Part shown: piece by piece, positions 56,401 to 64,000 of the stretch | How the letters are laid out: each line of letters begins with the position of its first letter | Numbering within the stretch: position 1 is the first letter of the stretch | Assembly (NCBI GenBank): GCA_964016885.1 | Contig: OZ024748.1 | Location: 45,136,001 to 45,200,000 of the forward strand | Source of the DNA: Eledone cirrhosa | Taxonomy: Eukaryota | Direction: 5' to 3' | DNA length: 64,000 nucleotides | Translations under genes and position numbers: made by a program | The notes under the pieces: generated by a model | What the model was told of the DNA's origin: nothing | What the model saw: only the letters and a program-made list of their open reading frames with translations | The model's database searches: none

Positions 56401-59400
56401 AACTTTAATACACCTTTAACTTTAATACACCTTTAACTTTAATACACCTTTAACTTCAACACACCTTTAACTTTAATACACCTTTAACTTTAATACACCT
56501 TTAACTTCAACACACCTGTAACTTTAATACACCTGTAACTTCAACACACCTTTAACTTTAATACACCTTTAACTTTAATACACCTTTAACTTTAATACAC
56601 CTTTAACTTCAACACACCTTTAACTTTAATACACCTTTAACTTTAATACACCTTTAACTTTAATACACCTTTAACTTTAATACCCCTTTAACTTTAATAC
56701 ACCTTTAACTTTAATACACCTTTAACTTTAATACACCTTTAACTTTAATACCCCTTTAACTTTAATACACCTTTAACTTTAATACACCTTTAACTTCAAC
56801 ACACCTTTAACTTTAATACACCTTTAACTTTAATACACCTTTAACTTCAACACACATTTAACTTTAATACACCTTTAACTTTAATACACCTTTAACTTCA
56901 ACACACCTGTAACTTTAATACACCTTTAACTTCAACACACCTGTAACTTTAATACACCTTTAACTTTAATACACCTTTAACTTCAACACATATTTAACTT
57001 TAATACACCTTTAACTTTAATACACCTTTAACTTCAACACACCTGTAACTTTAATACACCTGTAACTTCAACACACCTTTAACTTTAATACACCTTTAAC
57101 TTTAATACACCTTTAACTTTAATACACCTTTAACTTCAACACACCTGTAACTTTAATACACCTTTAACTTCAACACACCTATAACTTTAATACACCTTTA
57201 ACTTTAATACACCTTTAACTTCAACACGTATTTAACTTTAATACACCTTTAACTTTAATACACCTTTAACTTCAACACACCTGTAACTTTAATACACCTG
57301 TAACTTCAACACACCTTTAACTTTAATACACTTTTAACTTCAACACACCTTTAACTTTAATACACCTTTAACTTTAATACACCTTTAACTTTAATACAGC
57401 TTTAACTTTAATACACCTTTAACTTTAATACACCTTTAACTTTAATACACCTTTAACTTTAATACACCTTTAACTTTAATACACCTTTAACTTTAATACA
57501 CCTGTAACTTTAATACACCTTTAACTTCAACACACCTTTAACTTTAATACACCTTTAACTTTAATACACCTGTAACTTTAATACACCTGTAACTTTAATA
57601 CACCTTTAACTTTAATACACCTGTAACTTTAATACACCTGTAACTTTAATACACCTTTAACTTTAATACACCTGTAACTTTAATACACCTTTAACTTTAA
57701 TACACCTGTAACTTTAATACACCTTTAACTTCAACACACCTTTAACTTTAATACACCTGTAACTTTAATACACCTGTAACTTTAATACACCTTTAACTTT
57801 AATACACCTTTAACTTCAACACACCTTTAACTTCAACACACCTTTAACTTCAACACACCTTTAACTTTAATACACCTGTAACTTTAATACACCTTTAACT
57901 TTAATACACCTTTAACTTTAATACACCTTTAACTTTAATACACCTTTAACTTCAACACACCTTTAACTTCAACACACCTTTAACTTCAACACACCTTTAA
58001 CTTTAATACACCTGTAACTTTAATACACCTTTAACTTTAATACACCTTTAACTTCAACACACCTTTAACTTCAACACACCTTTAACTTCAACACACCTTT
58101 AACTTTAATACACCTGTAACTTTAATACACCTTTAACTTTAATACACCTTTAACTTTAATACACCTTTAACTTTAATACACCTTTAACTTCAACACACCT
58201 TTAACTTCAACACACCTTTAACTTCAACACACCTTTAACTTTAATACACCTGTAACTTTAATACACCTTTAACTTTAATACACCTTTAACTTTAATACAC
58301 CTTTAACTTTAATACACCTTTAACTTCAACACACCTTTAACTTCAACACACCTTTAACTTCAACACACCTTTAACTTTAATACACCTGTAACTTTAATAC
58401 ACCTTTAACTTCAACACACCTTTAACTTTAATACACCTTTAACTTTAATACACCTTTAACTTCAACACACCTTTAACTTTAATACACCTTTAACTTTAAT
58501 ACACCTTTAACTTCAACACACCTGTAACTTTAATAGACCTTTAACTTCAACACACCTGTAACTTTAATACACCTTTAACTTTAATACACCTTTAACTTCA
58601 ACACATATTTAACTTTAATACACCTTTAACTTTAATACACCTTTAACTTTAATACACCTTTAACTTCAACACACCTTTAACTTCAACACACCTTTAACTT
58701 CAACACACCTTTAACTTTAATACACCTGTAACTTTAATACACCTTTAACTTTAATACACCTTTAACTTTAATACACCTTTAACTTTAATACACCTTTAAC
58801 TTCAACACACCTTTAACTTCAACACACCTTTAACTTCAACACACCTTTAACTTTAATACACCTGTAACTTTAATACACCTTTAACTTCAACACACCTTTA
58901 ACTTTAATACACCTTTAACTTTAATACACCTTTAACTTCAACACACCTTTAACTTTAATACACCTTTAACTTTAATACACCTTTAACTTCAACACACCTG
59001 TAACTTTAATAGACCTTTAACTTCAACACACCTGTAACTTTAATACACCTTTAACTTTAATACACCTTTAACTTCAACACATATTTAACTTTAATACACC
59101 TTTAACTTTAATAAACCTTTAACTTCAACACACCTGTAACTTCAACACACCTTTAACTTTAATACACCTTTAACTTTAATACACCTTTAACTTTAATACA
59201 CCTTTAACTTCAACACACCTTTAACTTTAATACACCCTTAACTTTAATACACCTTTAACTTCAACACACCTTTAACTTTAATACACCTGTAACTTCAACA
59301 CACCTTTAACTTTAATACACCTTTAACTTTAATACACCTTTAACTTTAATACACCTTTAACTTCAACACACCTTTAACTTTAATACACCTTTAACTTTAA

Positions 59401-60367
59401 TACACCTTTAACTTTAATACACCTTTAACTTTAATACCCCTTTAACTTTAATACACCTTTAACTTTAATACACCTTTAACTTTAATACACCTTTAACTTT
59501 AATACACCTTTAACTTTAATACACCTTTAACTTCAACACACCTGTAACTTTAATACACCTTTAACTTTAATACACCTTTAACTTTAATACACCTTTAACT
59601 TTAATACACCTTTAACTTCAACACACCTGTAACTTTAATACACCTTTAACTTTAATACACCTTTAACTTTAATACACCTTTAACTTTAATACACCTTTAA
59701 CTTCAACACACCTGTAACTTTAATACACCTTTAACTTTAATACACCTTTAACTTCAACACACCTTTAACTTTAATACACCTGTAACTTTAATACACCTTT
59801 AACTTTAATACACCTTTAACTTTAATACACCTTTAACTTTAATACACCTTTAACTTCAACACACCTGTAACTTTAATACACCTTTAACTTTAATACACCT
59901 TTAACTTTAATACACCTTTAACTTTAATACACCTTTAACTTCAACACACCTGTAACTTTAATACACCTTTAACTTTAATACACCTTTAACTTCAACACAC
60001 CTTTAACTTTAATACACCTTTAACTTTAATACACCTTTAACTTTAATACACCTTTAACTTTAATACACCTTTAACTTTAATACACCTTTAACTTCAACAC
60101 ACCTGTAACTTTAATACACCTTTAACTTTAATACACCTTTAACTTTAATACACCTTTAACTTTAATACACCTTTAACTTCAACACACCTGTAACTTTAAT
60201 ACACCTTTAACTTTAATACACCTTTAACTTCAACACACCTGTAACTTTAATACACCTGTAACTTTAATACACCTTTAACTTTAATACACCTTTAACTTTA
60301 ATACACCTTTAACTTTAATACACCTTTAACTTCAACACACCTGTAACTTTAATACACCTGTAACTTC
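50462..60367. repeat. 17-bp satellite array (~580 units)
   Basis: Unit AACTTTAATACACCTTT with variants AACTTCAACACACC and CCTGT. Confidence 0.98.
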
Positions 60368-60498
60368 AAACCTTACACCTATATAAAAATTAATGGTACA
60401 ACCTAAAGTTATATTTCCATTTAATATTCATCTCGTGATATTACAATAATTTTAAATGACAATGAAATATTATGGCTCTTCTAGCGAATCTCCCTTAC

Positions 60499-60643
60499 CA
60501 TTCTCCGGGGAAACGCCTTCTCCATTCTGCCCGCCGGGGCTGTGGGGTCGCCAGCACGTGGGACCCCATTTCCTTACTATACAGAGAGAGGGGGAGGCGA
60601 TCACGGTGGGAGTTCGGGTCCTCCCTGTTCGGACACATTACAC
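60499..60643 (-). CDS. Candidate internal exon (xVMCPNREDPNSHRDRLPLSLYSKEMGSHVLATPQPRRAEWRRRFPGEW)
   Basis: GC-rich island; acceptor ATTACAG, donor TG|GTAAGG; only one frame open (145 nt, phase 1-2). Confidence 0.45.
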
Positions 60644-60887
60644 CTGTAATGTGGATCATGTGATATTTTCATTTTTGTACGTTTCGTTTTTACCGTCTTT
60701 ATCTTCTAATTTAAGTTTATTCATAGCAGAGTTAACATGTTACTTTAAAACAACGTTATCTCTGATCGAGACGAAGCAAGAATGTATTTGAATATAAATA
60801 AAAATGAGAAAACTCATCGTTTTACCGGCTGTTCTGGCGATGAGTTTTCTCATTTTTATATGTATTAATCTATCTATCTATCTAAGG

Positions 60888-61032
60888 AGGGTAAAATTCC
60901 CGAGATCCATGGACGAGTTCTCTCCAGCGGTCTCTGTCCCTCATTATCGCTGCCATGTCCTGCGTCTCCAACAGACCAGTGTCTATCCTTAGGGCATCAA
61001 CATACGTTAACCTTGGTCTTCCTCTTCTAGTG
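60888..61032 (-). pseudogene. RTE LINE 3' fragment
   Basis: Reverse-complement homologue of ~39103-39247. Confidence 0.75.
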
Positions 61033-61505
61033 TATTAATGTATTTATTTAAAAGACCTTTTGTCAAATATGTGACCAAAATAGATGGAATGTCTTTTAGT
61101 CTTCCATATTTCGTGTTCTCGTGCTAATGACTCGTGCATCGATAGACTCAATAGCTTTTAGCATCCCATATTCTGAAGTCTCTGACACTTTTAGTTAATC
61201 ATATCGACTTCGCTAATTATTTCAGTCTGGAACTTATTTTATCGATCTTTAAGTAACGAATCGCTAGGTTATCACACCTATATTTAAATATAATGACCTG
61301 AAGCTTACTAAACTGATAAATATATATATGATCTGAAATAAATTAATCTGCTTTAAACCAGACAGACCCCATAACACACACACACACACACATACACACA
61401 CACACACACGCGCGCGCACACATACACACACACATACATACATACACACACCCACACATATATATATGCATATATACATACATATCTATATATTTCTCAC
61501 TCTAT

Positions 61506-61539
<34 letters not shown>

Positions 61540-61582
61540 TTACATATAATTCTTTCTACCTTTCGCACAACGCCACCATTTA

Positions 61583-61740
61583 TCCCAGTGTATTACTGGT
61601 ACATTATTTTATCGACCCCGTAAGGATGAAAGGCAAAGTTGACCTCGGTCGGATTGTAACTTAGAATGTAAAGAATCAGAACAAATAACCCATAACACAA
61701 TGCCATGTTATCCGGCGCTCTACCGATTCTGTTAATCCAC
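61583..61740 (-). mobile_element. SINE copy
   Basis: TTTATCGACCCCGTAAGGATGAAAGGCAAAGTTGACCTCGG. Confidence 0.7.
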
Positions 61741-61974
61741 AAACCTTACACATAAAATACCTAAAAATTAATGCTACGACCTAAAGTTATGTTTCTATTT
61801 AATATTCATCTCCTGATATTACAACAGTTTAAAATATCAATGAAATATTAATGGATTTATTTAAAAATTTTTCATTTTATAATTTCGTTCGTATAAAATA
61901 TTCAAAACTCATTAAGATCTATTGACGAAAAAACAAATATATTTTCATCAATGAGTCTACTTCGTTAATCTACC

Positions 61975-63249
61975 CCCGCAACACCACCAGCTCCAGTAGC
62001 AGCGTTGTCAACACCACCAGCACCACCACCAGCACCACTACCACTACTATCACCACCACTACCACCACAACTAACATCTCCACCATCTCCACCACCACCA
62101 CCACCATCACCACCACCACAACTAACACTGATACCACCACTACCACTACCACTACCACCGTCACCACCTATACCACCACCTGCACCACCACCACCACCAC
62201 CACCATCACCATCACCACCACCACTACCACCACCTTCACCACCACCACTACCACCACCTTCACCACCACCTTCACCACCACCTTCACCACCACCGCCACC
62301 ACCACCACCAGCACCATCACTACCACTAACACTACCACCACCTTCACCACCACCACTACCACCACCACCACCACCACCACCGCCACCACCACCAACGACA
62401 CTATCACCACCTTTACAATTAATTAGTAACACCAGTAGAAGAATGACCAATACAACCCCCCCCCCCACCACCACCACCACTAGACAGCAACAACAGCAGC
62501 AACAGCAGCAGTAGGTGCATGGCCACTACCACCACGACGAAGCTCACCCCCCGCCACCACTATCACAACTACTAACACCACCATCAACTCACCAGCAGCA
62601 GCAACAGCAGCAGCAGTACCACCTTCACCATTAAACATCTCCCACGTCTGTCACACTCACCACCACTGTCACCTTACCAGAACATTCTACCACCACCACC
62701 ACCACCACCACCACCACCACCACCACCAACACTACCATAATCACTAGCACCCACACTAGCAACACCACCACCACCACCACCGCCACCACCACCACCACCA
62801 CCACCACCACCACCACCACCACCACCACCACCACCACCACAACCATAATCACTAGCACCCACACTAGCAACACCACCACCACAACAACCACCACCACCAC
62901 CACCAGCACCACCACCACCAGCACCACCACCACCACCACCAGCACCACCAGCACCGCCACCACCACCGGCACCACCACCAACAACACTACCATAATCAGT
63001 AGCACCCACACTAGCAACACCATCACCACCACCACCACCAGTACCACCACCAACACCACCAGCACCACCACCACCAGCACCACCACCACCAGTACCACCA
63101 CCACCAGCACCACCACCACCACCAGCACCACCACCACTACCATAATCACTAGCACCCACACTAGCGACACCATCACCACCACCACCACCAGTACCACCAC
63201 CACCAGCACCAGCACCACCACCACCATCACCACCACCACCACCACCAGC

Positions 63250-63280
<31 letters not shown>

Positions 63281-63540
63281 CCACCACCACCACCATCAAC
63301 ACTACCATAATCACTAGCGCCCACACTAGCAACACCAGCACCACCAGCACCACCACCACCACCACCACGACCACCATCACCACCAGTACCACCACCACCA
63401 CCACCACCACCACCACTACCACCACCACCACCACCATCAACACTACCATAATCACTGGCGCCCACACTAGCAACACCAGCACCACCACCACCACCACCAC
63501 CAGCAGAACCACAACCAGCACCAACACCACCACCACCCCA
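61975..63540. repeat. (CAC)n-based low-complexity region with recurring CCATAATCACTAGCACCCACACTAGCAACA insert
   Basis: Direct inspection; insert seen 6 times between 62735 and 63475. Confidence 0.9.
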
Positions 63541-63542
63541 TG

Positions 63543-64000
63543 AAATTCCCCAACTTCCTGTCTCTGCCCACAACAAACACCACTACCACCCCACCAAATT
63601 CCCCAACTTCCTGTCTCTGCCCACAACAAACACCACTACCACCCCACCAAATTGCCCAACTTTCTGTCTCTGCCCACAACAAACACCACTACCACCCCAC
63701 CAAATTCCCCAACTTTCTGTCTCTCCCCCACAACAACCACCACCGCCACCCCACCAAATTGCCCAACTTTCTGTCTCTGCCCACAACAACCACCAACACC
63801 ACCCCACCAAATTCCCCAACTTTCTGTCTCTGCCCACAACAACCACCACCGCCACCCTACCAAATTGCCCAATTTCCTGTCTCTGCCGACAACAACTACC
63901 ACCACCACCACCCCACCAAATTCCCCAGCTTCCTGTCTCTGCCCATAACAACTACCACCACCACCACCCCACCAAATTCCCCAGCTTCCTGTCTCTGCTC
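63543..64000. repeat. ~53-56 bp minisatellite running off the window end
   Basis: AAATT(C/G)CCCAACTT(C/T)CTGTCTCTGCCCACAAC...ACCCCACC starting at 63543, 63596, 63649, 63702, 63756 ... Confidence 0.9.

Noticed and set aside
50462-60367. CRISPR array or coding repeat
   Set aside because: Head-to-tail units with no unique spacers, stop codons in all frames, no cas genes, eukaryotic context.

Overview
Repeat-dominated, AT-rich animal genomic DNA. The (TA)n/(CA)n/(GA)n-saturated landscape and SINE types suggest an octopus/coleoid cephalopod (inference). Almost all supplied ORFs are microsatellite artefacts. Real protein-coding signal comes from retroelements. There is a Penelope-like element (PLE) with an uninterrupted RT + C-terminal GIY-YIG ORF (~26315-29630, +) and a decayed inverted sister copy (~40232-42807, -). 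There are also two remnants of a second PLE clade (19123-20620, 45175-47772), RTE LINE 3' fragments, a nested SINE/hAT/SINE stack, a non-autonomous Helitron, many tRNA-derived SINEs, a 65-bp minisatellite and a 9.9-kb 17-bp satellite with a 3128-bp higher-order repeat. The most striking pattern is a set of >20 short elements in (TA)n tracts, from several families with no obvious sequence similarity. They share one architecture: (TA)n - inverted arm - direct arm with a minimal type-I hammerhead ribozyme (HHR) - ACTC...YGAGT(G/A)C motif - short tail - (TA)n. The inverted arm repeatedly ends about 1-17 nt before the ACTC motif. A few low-confidence spliced host-gene exons on the minus strand are proposed. 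All folds, alignments and boundaries were done by eye and are approximate.
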